Of a stretch of DNA of 64,000 nucleotides, positions 1 through 11,684 are shown piece after piece (positions within the stretch are counted from its first letter, which is position 1; each line of letters begins with the position of its first letter). A model generated the notes under the pieces. The model worked only from the letters and a program-made list of their open reading frames with translations. It ran no database searches and had not been told where the DNA came from. The translations under genes were made by a program, and so were the position numbers. Source of the DNA: Eledone cirrhosa (Eukaryota); the NCBI GenBank assembly GCA_964016885.1, contig OZ024743.1:140244001-140308000 (forward strand). The letters are read 5' to 3'.

Positions 1-1744
1 GGTGCTTGGTGCTGGGTGGTTGGTGTTTGGTGCTTGGTGCTTGGTGTTTTGTGCTTGGTGCATGGTGCTTGGTGTTTGGTGCTTGGTGCTTGGTGCTTGG
101 TCTTTGGTGTTTGGTGTTTAGTGCTTGGTGTTTGGTGTTTGGTGCTTGGTGTTTGGTGCTTGGTGCCTGGTGCTTGTTGTTTGGTGCTTGGTGTTTGGTG
201 TTTGGTGTTTGGTGCTTGGTGTTTGGTGTTTGGTGCTTGGTGCTTGGTGTTTGGTGTTTGATGCTTGGTGCTTGGTGCTTGGTGTTTGGTGTTTGCTGCT
301 TGGTGTCTGGTGCTTGGTGCTTGGTGCTTGGTGTTTGGTGCTTGGTGATTGGTGCTTGGTCTTTGGTGCTGGGTGCTTGGTGTTTGGTGTTTGATGCTTG
401 GTGTTTGATGCTTGTTGCTTGGTTCTTGGTGTTTGGTGCTTGGTGTTTCGTGCTTGGTGCTTGGTGTTTGGTGCTTGGTGCTTGGTGTTTGGTGATTGGT
501 GCCTGGTACATGGTGTTTGGTGCTTGATGCTTGGTGATTGGTGTTTGGTGTTAGGTGTTTGGTGCTTGGTGCTTGGTGCTTGGTGTTTGGTGTTTGGTGC
601 CTGGTGATTGGTGCTTGGTGTATGGTGCTTGGTGCTTGGTGTTTGGTGCTAGGTGCTTGGTGCTTGGTGCTTGGTGTTTGGTGCTTGGTGTTTGGTGCTT
701 GGCACTTGGGGCTTGGTGTTTGGTGCTTGGTGCTTGGTGCTTGGTGTTTGGTGCTTGGTGCTTGGTGTTTGGTGTTTGGTGCTTGGTGTTTGGTGCTTGG
801 TGTTTGGTGCTTGGTGCTTGGTGTTTGGTGCTTGGTGCTTGGTGCTTGGTGTTTGGTGCTTGGTGCTTGGTGCTTGGTCTTTGGTGCTTGGTGTTTGGTG
901 TTTGGTGCTTGGTGCTTGGTGTTTGGTGCTTGGTGCTTGGTGATTAGTGTTTGGTGCTTGCTGCTTGGGGTTTGGTGTTTGGTGCTTGGTGCTTGGTGTT
1001 TGGTGCTTGGTGCTTGGTGTTTGGTGCTTGGTGTTTGGTGTTTGCTGTTTGCTGTTGGCTTTTTGATGTTTGGTGTTTGCTGTATGGTGTTTGCTGTTTC
1101 GTGTTTATTGTTTGCTGTTTGGTGTTTGGTGTTTGGTGTTTGCTGTTTCCTGTTTGGTCTTTAGTCTTTGGTGCTTGGTGTTTGGTGCTTGGTGCTTGGT
1201 GTTTGGTATTTGGTGCTTGGTGTTTGGTGCTTGGTGCTTGGTACTTGTTGTTTGGTGATTGGTGCTTGGTGCTTGGTGTTTGGTGTTTGATGCTTGGTGT
1301 TTGGTGTTTGGTGTTTGGTGCTTGGTGCTTGGTGTTTGGTGCTTGGTGCTTGGTGTTTGTACTTGTTGCTTGGTGCTTGATGTTTGGTGCTTGGTTTTTG
1401 GTGCTTGGTGTTTGGTGTTTGCTGTTTGCTGTTTGGTGCTTGGTGTTTGCTGTTTGGTGTTTGTTGTTTGGTGTTTGCTGTTTGGTGTTTGCTGTTTGGT
1501 GTTTGGTGCTTGCTGTTTGGTGCTTGGTGTTTGGTGCTTGGTGCTTAGTGTTTGGTGTTTGGTGTTTGGTGCTTGGTGCTTGGGGCTTGGTGTTTGGTGC
1601 TTGGTGCTTGGTGCTTGGTGCTTGGTGTTTGGTGCATGGTGCTTGGTGCTTGGTGTTTGTCGCTTGGTACTTGGTGCTTGGTGTTTGGTGCTTGGTGTTT
1701 GGTGTTTGGTGCTTGGTGTTTGGTGTTTGGTGTTTGGTGTTTGA

Positions 1745-1870
1745 ATTTTGCTGTTTGGTGTTTGCTGTTTGCTGTTTGGTGTCTGCTTTTTGGTGTTTGG
1801 TGTTTTCTGTATGGTGTTTGCTGTTTCGTGTTTGGTGTTTGCTGTTTGGTGTTTGCTGTTTGCTGTTTGG
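1745..1870 (+). repeat. Representative TTGCTGT-rich island with CTGCTTT core (one of roughly 55 dispersed copies)
   Basis: GTCTGCTTTTTGGTG at ~1781, recurring at e.g. ~3340, 5298, 6025, 8172, 12011, 14683, 19274, 23135, 28454, 33713, 39114, 44065, 50037, 57156 and 61325. It is visible as VSAFW / GVCFLV in the ORF track. Confidence 0.9.
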
Positions 1871-2499
1871 TGTTTGGTGCTTGGTGCTTGGTGCTTGGTG
1901 TTTGGTGTTTGGTGCTTGGTGTTTGGTGTTTGGTGCTTGGTGCTTGGATTTTGGTGCTTGGTGCCTGGTGCTTGGTGTTTGGTGTTTGATGCTTGGTGCT
2001 TGATGCTTGGTGCTTGGTGTTTGGTGCTTGGTGCTTGGTGTTTGTACTTGTTACTTGGTGCTTGGTGTCTGGTGTTTGGTGCTTGGTGTCTGGTGTTTTG
2101 TGCTTGGTGTTTGGTGTTTGGTGCTTGGTGCTTGGTGTTTGGTGTTTGGTGCTTGGTGCTTAGTGTTTGGTGTTTAGTGCTTGGTGTTTGGTGTTTGGTG
2201 CTTGGTGCTTGGTGTTTGTTGCTTGGTACTTGGTGCATGGTGTTTGGTGCTGGGTGCTTGGTGTTTGGTGCTTGGTGTTTGGTGCTTGGTGCTTGGTGTT
2301 TGGTGTTTGGTGTTTGATGCTTGGTGCTTGGTGGTTGGTGTTTGGTGCTTGGTGTTTGTACTTGGTGCTTGGTGCTTGGTGTTTTGTGCTTAGTTCTTGG
2401 TGTTTGGTGTTTGGTGCTTGGTGCTTGGTGCTTGGTGTTAGGTGTTTGGTGCTTGGTGCTTGGTGTTTGGTCTTTGGTGCTTGGTGTTTGGTGGTTGGT

Positions 2500-3130
2500 G
2501 CTTGGTGTTTGCTGTTTGGTGCTAGATGCTTGGTGCTTGGTGTTTGGTGTTTGGTGTTTGGTGTTTGGTGCTTCGTGCTTGGGGTTTGGTGTTTGGTGCT
2601 TGGTGCTTGGTGCTTGGTCTTTGGTGCTTGGTGCTTGGTGTTTGGTATTTCGTGTTTGGTGCTTGGTGTTTGGTGCTTGGTGCTTGGTGCTGGGTGGTTG
2701 GTATTTGGTGCTTGGTGCTTGGTGTTTGGTGCTTGGTGCTTGGTGCTTGGTGTTTGGTGCTTGGTGCTTGGTGTTTGTTGTTTGGTGCTTTCTGCTTGCT
2801 GCTTGGTGTTTGGTGCTTGGTCATTGGTGCTTGGTGTTTGGTGCTTGGTGCTTGGTGTTTGCTGTTTGGTGCTAGATGCTTGGTGCTTGGTGTTTGGTGT
2901 TTGGTGTTTGGTGTTTGGTGCTTCGTGCTTGGGGTTTGGTGTTTGGTGCTTGGTGCTTGGTGCTTGGTCTTTGGTGCTTGGTGCTTGGTGTTTGGTGTTT
3001 CGTGTTTGGTGCTTGGTGCTTGGTGTTTGGTGCTTGGTGCTTGGTGCTGGGTGGTTGGTATTTGGTGCTTGGTGCTTGGTGTTTGGTGCTTGGTGCTTGG
3101 TGCTTGGTGTTTGGTGCTTGGTGCTTGGTG
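2500..3130 (+). repeat. Local tandem duplication, unit ~350 bp (50 monomers)
   Basis: GCTAGATGCT at 2521 and 2871, each followed by the same TTCGTGC TTGGGGT and TTGGTCT landmarks. ORFs at 2526 and 2876 start identically. The offset grows to 357 at TGGGTGG TTGGTAT. Confidence 0.85.
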
Positions 3131-3519
3131 CTTGGTCTTTGGTGCTTGGTGTATGGTGTTTGGTGCTTGGTGCTTGGTGCTTGGTGTTTGGTGCTTGGTG
3201 ATTAGTGTTTGGTGCTTGGTGCTTGGGGTTTGGTGTTTGGTGCTTGGTGCTTGGTGTTTGGTGCTTGGTACTTGGTGTTTGGTGCTTGGTGTTTGGTGTT
3301 TGCTGTTTGGTGTTTGGTGTTTGGTGTTTGCTGTTTGGTGTCTGCTTTTTGGTGTTTGGTGTTTGCTGCATGGTGTTTGCTGTTTCGTGTTTGGTGTTTG
3401 CTGTTTGGTGTTTGGTGTTTGCTGTTAGGTGTTTGGTCTTTGGTGCTTGGTGTTTGGTGCTTGGTGTTTGGTGTTTGGTGCTTGGTGCTTGGTATTTGGT
3501 GTTTGGTGCTTGGTGCTTG

Positions 3520-4660
3520 GTGCCTGGTGTTTGGTGTTTATTGCTTGTTGCTTGGTGCTTGGTGCTTGGTGTTTGGTGTTTGGTGCTTGGGGTTTGGTGC
3601 TGGGTGCTTGGTGTTTGGTGCTTGGTGCTTGGTGCTTGGTGCTTGGTGTTTCGTGTTTGGTGCTGGGTGCTTGGTGTTTGGTGTTTGGTGTTATATGCTT
3701 GGTCTTTGATGCTTAGTGCTTGGTGCTTGGTGTTTGGTGTTTGGTGCTTGGTGTTTGCTGCTTGGTGTTTGATGCTTGGTGCTTGGTACTTGGTGTTTGG
3801 TGCTTGGTGCTTGGTGTTTGTACTTGGTGCTTGGTGCTTGGTTCTTGGTGTTTGGTGCTTGGTGCTTGGTGCTTGGTGCTTTGTGTTTGGTGCTTGGTGT
3901 TTGGTGCTTGGTGTTTGGTGCTTGGTGCCTGCTGCTTGGTGCTTGGTGTTTGGTGTTTGGTGTTTGGGGCTTGGTGTTAGGTGTTTGGTGCTTGGTGCTT
4001 GGTGTTTGGTGTTTGGTGCTTGGTGTTTGGTGGTTGGTGCTTGGTGCTTGGTGTTTGGTGTTTGGTGCTTGGTGCTTGGTGCTTGGTGTTTGGTGTTTGG
4101 TGCTTGGTGTTTGGTGTTTGGTGTTTGGTGCTTGGTGTTTGGTGTTTGGTGCCTGGTGTTTGGTGTTTATTGCTTGTTGCTTGGTGCTTGGTGCTTGGTG
4201 TTTGGTGTTTGGTGCTTGGGGTTTGGTGCTGGGTGCTTGGTGTTTGGTGCTTGGTGCTTGGTGCTTGGTGCTTGGTGTTTCGTGTTTGGTGCTGGGTACT
4301 TGGTGTTTCGTGTTTGGTGTTATATGCTTGGTGTTTGATGCTTAGTGCTTGGTGCTTGGTGTTTGGTGTTTGGTGCTTGGTGTTTGCTGCTTGGTGTTTG
4401 ATGCTTGGTGCTTGGTACTTGGTGTTTGGTGCTTGGTGCTTGGTGTTTGTACTTGGTGCTTGGTGCTTGGTTCTTGGTGTTTGGTGCTTGGTGCTTGGTG
4501 CTTGGTGCTTTGTGTTTGGTGCTTGGTGTTTGGTGCTTGGTGTTTGGTGCTTGGTGCCTGCTGCTTGGTGCTTGGTGTTTGGTGTTTGGTGTTTGGGGCT
4601 TGGTGTTAGGTGTTTGGTGCTTGGTGCTTGGTGTTTGGTGTTTGGTGCTTAGTGTTTGGT
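3520..4660 (+). repeat. Tandem 629-bp unit (90 monomers including one 6-bp monomer); the dimer recurs at ~6400-7540 and ~9690-10830
   Basis: TTATTGC at 3538 and 4167; TATATGC at 3692 and 4321. ORF pairs 3720/4349, 6601/7230 and 9888/10517 are all offset by 629. Confidence 0.9.
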
Positions 4661-5600
4661 GCTTGGTGCTTGGTGTTTGGTGTTTGGTGCTTGGTGTTTG
4701 GTGCTTGGTACTTGGTGCTTGGTGCTTGGTGTTAGGTGTTTGGTGCTTGGTGCTTGGTGTTTGGTTTTTGGTGCTTGGTGCTTGGTGTTTGGTGTTTGGT
4801 GCTTGCTGCTGGCTGCTTGGTGCTTGGTGATTGGTGCTTGGTGTTTGGTGCTTGGTGTTTGGTGTTTGGTGCTAGGTGCTTGGTGCTTGGTGTTTGGTGC
4901 TTGGTGCTTGGTGTTTGGTGTTTGGTGTTTGGTGCTTGGTGCTTGGTGTTTGGTGCTTGGTGCTTGGTGCAGGGTGGTTGGTGTTTGGTGCTTGGTGTTT
5001 GGTGCTGGGTGCTTGGTGTTTGGTGCTTGGTGTTTGGTGCTTGGTGTTTGGTGTTTGGTGCTTGGTGCTTGGTGTTTGGTGCTTGGTTCTTGGTGTTTGG
5101 TGCTTGGTGCTTAGTGTTTGGTGCTAGGTGCTTGGGGTTTGGTGTTTGGTGCTTGGTGTTTGGTGCTTGCTGCTTGGTGTTTGGTGTTTGGTGTTTGGTG
5201 CTTGGTGCTTGGTATTTGGTGTTTGCTGTTTGCTGTTTGGTGTTTGTTGTTTGGTGTTTGTTGTTTGGTGTTTGGTGTTTGCTGTTTGCTGTTTGGTGTC
5301 TGCTTTTTGGTGTTTGGTGTTTGCTGTATGTTGTTTGCTGTTTGGTGTTTGGTGTTTGGTATTTGGTGTTTGGTGCATGGTGCTTGGTGTTTGGTGCTTG
5401 GTGCTTGGTGTTTGGTGCCTGGTGCTTGGTGCTTGGTGTTTGGTGTTTGGTGCTTGGTGCTTGGTGCTTGGAGTTTGGTGTTTGGTGCTTGTTGCTTGGT
5501 GTTTTGTGTTTGGTGTTTGGTTTTTGGTGCTTGGTGCTTGGTGCTTGGTCCTTGGTGTTTGATGCTGGGTGCTTTGTGTTTGGTGCTTGGTGCTTCGTGC
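3520..5600 (+). repeat. ~2.1-kb block copied at offset 2881 (to ~6400-8397)
   Basis: TTATTGC at 3538 and 6419. ORF pairs 3720/6601, 4736/7617, 4876/7757 and 5118/7999 are all offset by 2881, with a few substitutions and whole-monomer indels near the right end. Confidence 0.88.
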
Positions 5601-8600
5601 TTGGTGTTTGGTGTTTGCTGCTTGGTGTTTGGTGCTTGGTGCTTGGTGTTTGGTGTTTTGAGTTTGGTGCTTGGTGCTTGGTGTTTGGTGCTTTGTGCTT
5701 GGTGCTTGGTGTTTTTACTTGGTGCTTGGTGCTTGGTGTTTGGTTCTTGGTTCTTGGTGTTTGGTACTTGGTGCTTGGTGCTTGGTGTTTGGTGCTTGGT
5801 GTTTGGTGCTTGTTGCTTGGTGCTTGGGGCTTGGTGTTTGGTGCTTGGTGCTTGGTGCTTGGTGCTTGGTGTTTGGTGCATGGTGCTTGGTGCTTGGTGT
5901 TTGTCGCTTGGTGCTTGGTGCTTGGTGTTTGGTGCTTGGTGTTTGGTGTTTGGTGCTTGGTGTTTGGTGTTTGGTGTTTGGTGTTTGAATTTTGCTGTTT
6001 GGTGTTTGCTGTTTGCTGTTTGGTGTCTGCTTTTTGGTGTTTGGTGTTTTCTGTATGGTGTTTGCTGTTTCGTGTTTGGTGTTTGCTGTTTGGTGTTTGC
6101 TGTTTGCTGTTTGGTGTTTGGTGCTTGGTGCTTGGTGCTTGGTGTTTGGTGTTTGGTGCTTGGTGTTTGGTGTTTGGTGCTTGGTGCTTGGATTTTGGTG
6201 CTTGGTGCCTGGTGCTTGGTGTTTGGTGTTTGATGCTTGGTGCTTGATGCTTGGTGCTTGGTGTTTGGTGCTTGGTGTTTGGTATTTGGTGCTTGGTGCT
6301 TGGTGTTTGGTGTTTGGTGCTTGGTGCTTGGTGCTTGGTGTTTGGTGTTTGGTGCTTGGTGTTTGGTGTTTGGTGTTTGGTGCTTGGTGTTTGGTGTTTG
6401 GTGCCTGGTGTTTGGTGTTTATTGCTTGTTGCTTGGTGCTTGGTGCTTGGTGTTTGGTGTTTGGTGCTTGGGGTTTGGTGCTGGGTGCTTGGTGTTTGGT
6501 GCTTGGTGCTTGGTGCTTGGTGCTTGGTGTTTCGTGTTTGGTGCTAGGTGCTTGGTGTTTGGTGTTTGGTGTTATATGCTTGGTGTTTGATGCTTAGTGC
6601 TTGGTGCTTGGTGTTTGGTGTTTGGTGCTTGGTGTTTGCTGCTTGGTGTTTGATGCTTGGTGCTTGGTACTTGGTGTTTGGTGCTTGGTGCTTGGTGTTT
6701 GTACTTGGTGCTTGGTGCTTGGTTCTTGGTGTTTGGTGCTTGGTGCTTGGTGCTTGGTGCTTTGTGTTTGGTGCTTGGTGTTTGGTGCTTGGTGTTTGGT
6801 GCTTGGTGCCTGCTGCTTGGTGCTTGGTGTTTGGTGTTTGGTGTTTGGGGCTTGGTGTTAGGTGTTTGGTGCTTGGTGCTTGGTGTTTGGTGTTTGGTGC
6901 TTGGTGTTTGGTGCTTGGTGCTTGGTGCTTGGTGTTTGGTGTTTGTTGCTTGGTGCTTGGTGCTTGGTGTTTGGTGTTTGGTGCTTGGTGTTTGGTGTTT
7001 GGTGTTTGGTGCTTGGTGTTTGGTGTTTGGTGCCTGGTGTTTGGTGTTTATTGCTGGTTGCTTGGTGCTTGGTGCTTGGTGTTTGGTGTTTGGTGCTTGG
7101 GGTTTGGTGCTGGGTGCTTGGTGTTTGGTGCTTGGTGCTTGGTGCTTGGTGCTTGGTGTTTCGTGTTTGGTGCTGGGTGCTTGGTGTTTCGTGTTTGGTG
7201 TTATATGCTTGGTGTTTGATGCTTAGTGCTTGGTGCTTGGTGTTTGGTGTTTGGTGCTTGGTGTTTGCTGCTTGGTGTTTGATGCTTGGTGCTTGGTACT
7301 TGGTGTTTGGTGCTTGGTGCTTTGTGTTTGTACTTGGTGCTTGGTGCTTGGTTCTTGGTGTTTGGTGCTTGGTGCTTGGTGCTTGGTGCTTTGTGTTTGG
7401 TGCTTGCTGTTTGGTGCTTGGTGTTTGGTGCTTGGTGCCTGCTGCTTGGTCCTTGGTGTTTGGTGTTTGGTGTTTGGGGCTTGGTGTTAGGTGTTTGGTG
7501 CTTGGTGCTTGGTGTTTGGTGTTTGGTGCTTGGTGTTTGGTGCTTGGTGCTTGGTGTTTGGTGTTTGGTGCTTGGTGTTTGGTGCTTGGTACTTGGTGCT
7601 TGGTGCTTGGTGTTAGGTGTTTGGTGCTTGGTGCTTGGTGTTTGGTTTTTGGTGCTTGGTGCTTGGTGTTTGGTGTTTGGTGCTTGCTGCTGGCTGCTTG
7701 GTGCTTGGTGATTGGTGCTTGGTGTTTGGTGCTTGGTGTTTGGTGTTTGGTGCTAGGTGCTTGGTGCTTGGTGTTTGGTGCTTGGTGCTTGGTGTTTGGT
7801 GTTTGGTGTTTGGTGCTTGGTGCTTGGTGTTTGGTGCTTGGTGCTTGGTGCTGGGTGGTTGGTGTTTGGTGCTTGGTGTTTGGTGCTGGGTGCTTGGTGT
7901 TTGGTGCTTGGTGTTTGGTGCTTGGTGTTTGGTGTTTGGTGCTTGGTGCTTGGTGTTTGGTGCTTGGTTCTTGGTGTTTGGTGCTTGGTGCTTAGTGTTT
8001 GGTGCTAGGTGCTTGGGGTTTGGTGTTTGGTGCTTGGTGTTTGGTGCTTGCTGCTTGGTGTTTGGTGTTTGGTGTTTGGTGCTTGGTGCTTGGTATTTTG
8101 TGTTTGCTGTTTGCTGTTTGGTGTTTGTTGTTTGGTGTTTGTTGTTTGGTGTTTGGTGTTTGCTGTTTGGTGTCTGCTTTTTGGTGTTTGGTGTTTGCTG
8201 TATGTTGTTTGCTGTTTGGTGTTTGGTGTTTGGTATTTGGTGTTTGGTGCTTGGTGCTTGGTGTTTGGTGCTTGGTGCTTGGTGTTTGGTGCCTGGTGCT
8301 TGGTGCTTGGTGTTTGGTGTTTGGTGCTTGGTGCTTGGTGCTTGGTCCTTGGTGTTTGATGCTGGGTGCTTTGTGTTTGGTGCTTGGTGCTTCGTGCTTA
8401 GTGTTTGGTGCTAGGTGCTTGGGGTTTGGTGTTTGGTGCTTGGTGTTTGGTGCTTGCTGCTTGGTGTTTGGTGTTTGGTGTTTGGTGCTTGGTGCTTGGT
8501 ATTTGGTGTTTGCTGTTTGCTGTTTGGTGTTTGTTGTTTGGTGTTTGTTGTTTGGTGTTTGGTGTTTGCTGTTTGCTGTTTGGTGTCTGCTTTTTGGTGT

Positions 8601-11600
8601 TTGGTGTTTGCTGTATGTTGTTTGCTGTTTGGTGTTTGGTGTTTGGTATTTGGTGTTTGGTGCATGGTGCTTGGTGTTTGGTGCTTGGTGCTTGGTGTTT
8701 GGTGCCTGGTGCTTGGTGCTTGGTGTTTGGTGTTTGGTGCTTGGTGCTTGGTGCTTGGAGTTTGGTGTTTGGTGCTTGTTGCTTGGTGTTTTGTGTTTGG
8801 TGTTTGGTTTTTGGTGCTTGGTGCTTGGTGCTTGGTCCTTGGTGTTTGATGCTGGGTGCTTTGTGTTTGGTGCTTGGTGCTTCGTGCTTGGTGTTTGGTG
8901 TTTGCTGCTTGGTGTTTGGTGCTTGGTGCTTGGTGTTTGGTGTTTTGAGTTTGGTGCTTGGTGCTTGGTGTTTGGTGCTTTGTGCTTGGTGCTTGGTGTT
9001 TTTACTTGGTGCTTGGTGCTTGGTGTTTGGTTCTTGGTTCTTGGTGTTTGGTACTTGGTGCTTGGTGCTTGGTGTTTGGTGCTTGGTGTTTGGTGCTTGT
9101 TGCTTGGTGCTTGGGGCTTGGTGTTTGGTGCTTGGTGCTTGGTGCTTGGTGCTTGGTGTTTGGTGCATGGTGCTTGGTGCTTGGTGTTTGTCGCTTGGTG
9201 CTTGGTGCTTGGTGTTTGGTGCTTGGTGTTTGGTGTTTGGTGCTTGGTGTTTGGTGTTTGGTGTTTGGTGTTTGAATTTTGCTGTTTGGTGTTTGCTGTT
9301 TGCTGTTTGGTGTCTGCTTTTTGGTGTTTGGTGTTTTCTGTATGGTGTTTGCTGTTTCGTGTTTGGTGTTTGCTGTTTGGTGTTTGCTGTTTGCTGTTTG
9401 GTGTTTGGTGCTTGGTGCTTGGTGCTTGGTGTTTGGTGTTTGGTGCTTGGTGTTTGGTGTTTGGTGCTTGGTGCTTGGATTTTGGTGCTTGGTGCCTGGT
9501 GCTTGGTGTTTGGTGTTTGATGCTTGGTGCTTGATGCTTGGTGCTTGGTGTTTGGTGCTTGGTGTTTGGTATTTGGTGCTTGGTGCTTGGTGTTTGGTGT
9601 TTGGTGCTTGGTGCTTGGTGCTTGGTGTTTGGTGTTTGGTGCTTGGTGTTTGGTGTTTGGTGTTTGGTGCTTGGTGTTTGGTGTTTGGTGCCTGGTGTTT
9701 GGTGTTTATTGCTTGTTGCTTGGTGCTTGGTGCTTGGTGTTTGGTGTTTGGTGCTTGGGGTTTGGTGCTGGGTGCTTGGTGTTTGGTGCTTGGTGCTTGG
9801 TGCTTGGTGCTTGGTGTTTCGTGTTTGGTGCTAGGTGCTTGGTGTTTGGTGTTTGGTGTTATATGCTTGGTGTTTGATGCTTAGTGCTTGGTGCTTGGTG
9901 TTTGGTGTTTGGTGCTTGGTGTTTGCTGCTTGGTGTTTGATGCTTGGTGCTTGGTACTTGGTGTTTGGTGCTTGGTGCTTGGTGTTTGTACTTGGTGCTT
10001 GGTGCTTGGTTCTTGGTGTTTGGTGCTTGGTGCTTGGTGCTTGGTGCTTTGTGTTTGGTGCTTGGTGTTTGGTGCTTGGTGTTTGGTGCTTGGTGCCTGC
10101 TGCTTGGTGCTTGGTGTTTGGTGTTTGGTGTTTGGGGCTTGGTGTTAGGTGTTTGGTGCTTGGTGCTTGGTGTTTGGTGTTTGGTGCTTGGTGTTTGGTG
10201 CTTGGTGCTTGGTGCTTGGTGTTTGGTGTTTGTTGCTTGGTGCTTGGTGCTTGGTGTTTGGTGTTTGGTGCTTGGTGTTTGGTGTTTGGTGTTTGGTGCT
10301 TGGTGTTTGGTGTTTGGTGCCTGGTGTTTGGTGTTTATTGCTGGTTGCTTGGTGCTTGGTGCTTGGTGTTTGGTGTTTGGTGCTTGGGGTTTGGTGCTGG
10401 GTGCTTGGTGTTTGGTGCTTGGTGCTTGGTGCTTGGTGCTTGGTGTTTCGTGTTTGGTGCTGGGTGCTTGGTGTTTCGTGTTTGGTGTTATATGCTTGGT
10501 GTTTGATGCTTAGTGCTTGGTGCTTGGTGTTTGGTGTTTGGTGCTTGGTGTTTGCTGCTTGGTGTTTGATGCTTGGTGCTTGGTACTTGGTGTTTGGTGC
10601 TTGGTGCTTTGTGTTTGTACTTGGTGCTTGGTGCTTGGTTCTTGGTGTTTGGTGCTTGGTGCTTGGTGCTTGGTGCTTTGTGTTTGGTGCTTGCTGTTTG
10701 GTGCTTGGTGTTTGGTGCTTGGTGCCTGCTGCTTGGTCCTTGGTGTTTGGTGTTTGGTGTTTGGGGCTTGGTGTTAGGTGTTTGGTGCTTGGTGCTTGGT
10801 GTTTGGTGTTTGGTGCTTGGTGTTTGGTGCTTGGTGCTTGGTGTTTGGTGTTTGGTGCTTGGTGTTTGGTGCTTGGTACTTGGTGCTTGGTGCTTGGTGT
10901 TAGGTGTTTGGTGCTTGGTGCTTGGTGTTTGGTTTTTGGTGCTTGGTGCTTGGTGTTTGGTGTTTGGTGCTTGCTGCTGGCTGCTTGGTGCTTGGTGATT
11001 GGTGCTTGGTGTTTGGTGCTTGGTGTTTGGTGTTTGGTGCTAGGTGCTTGGTGCTTGGTGTTTGGTGCTTGGTGCTTGGTGTTTGGTGTTTGGTGTTTGG
11101 TGCTTGGTGCTTGGTGTTTGGTGCTTGGTGCTTGGTGCTGGGTGGTTGGTGTTTGGTGCTTGGTGTTTGGTGCTGGGTGCTTGGTGTTTGGTGCTTGGTG
11201 TTTGGTGCTTGGTGTTTGGTGTTTGGTGCTTGGTGCTTGGTGTTTGGTGCTTGGTTCTTGGTGTTTGGTGCTTGGTGCTTAGTGTTTGGTGCTAGGTGCT
11301 TGGGGTTTGGTGTTTGGTGCTTGGTGTTTGGTGCTTGCTGCTTGGTGTTTGGTGTTTGGTGTTTGGTGCTTGGTGCTTGGTATTTTGTGTTTGCTGTTTG
11401 CTGTTTGGTGTTTGTTGTTTGGTGTTTGTTGTTTGGTGTTTGGTGTTTGCTGTTTGGTGTCTGCTTTTTGGTGTTTGGTGTTTGCTGTATGTTGTTTGCT
11501 GTTTGGTGTTTGGTGTTTGGTATTTGGTGTTTGGTGCTTGGTGCTTGGTGTTTGGTGCTTGGTGCTTGGTGTTTGGTGCCTGGTGCTTGGTGCTTGGTGT

Positions 11601-11684
11601 TTGGTGTTTGGTGCTTGGTGCTTGGTGCTTGGTCCTTGGTGTTTGATGCTGGGTGCTTTGTGTTTGGTGCTTGGTGCTTCGTGC
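5111..11684 (+). repeat. Apparently perfect tandem duplication of 3287 bp (5111-8397 and 8398-11684)
   Basis: About 20 ORF pairs share a constant 3287 offset with matching translations (5118/8405, 5992/9279, 6548/9835, 6862/10149, 8009/11296). TTGAATT occurs at 5985 and 9272. The junction TTCGTGC|TTAGTGT lies at 8397/8398. Confidence 0.95.

Noticed and set aside
11-19. GCTGGGTGG landmark resembling the E. coli Chi site GCTGGTGG
   Set aside because: It has an extra G, arises from two substituted monomers, and there is no bacterial context.
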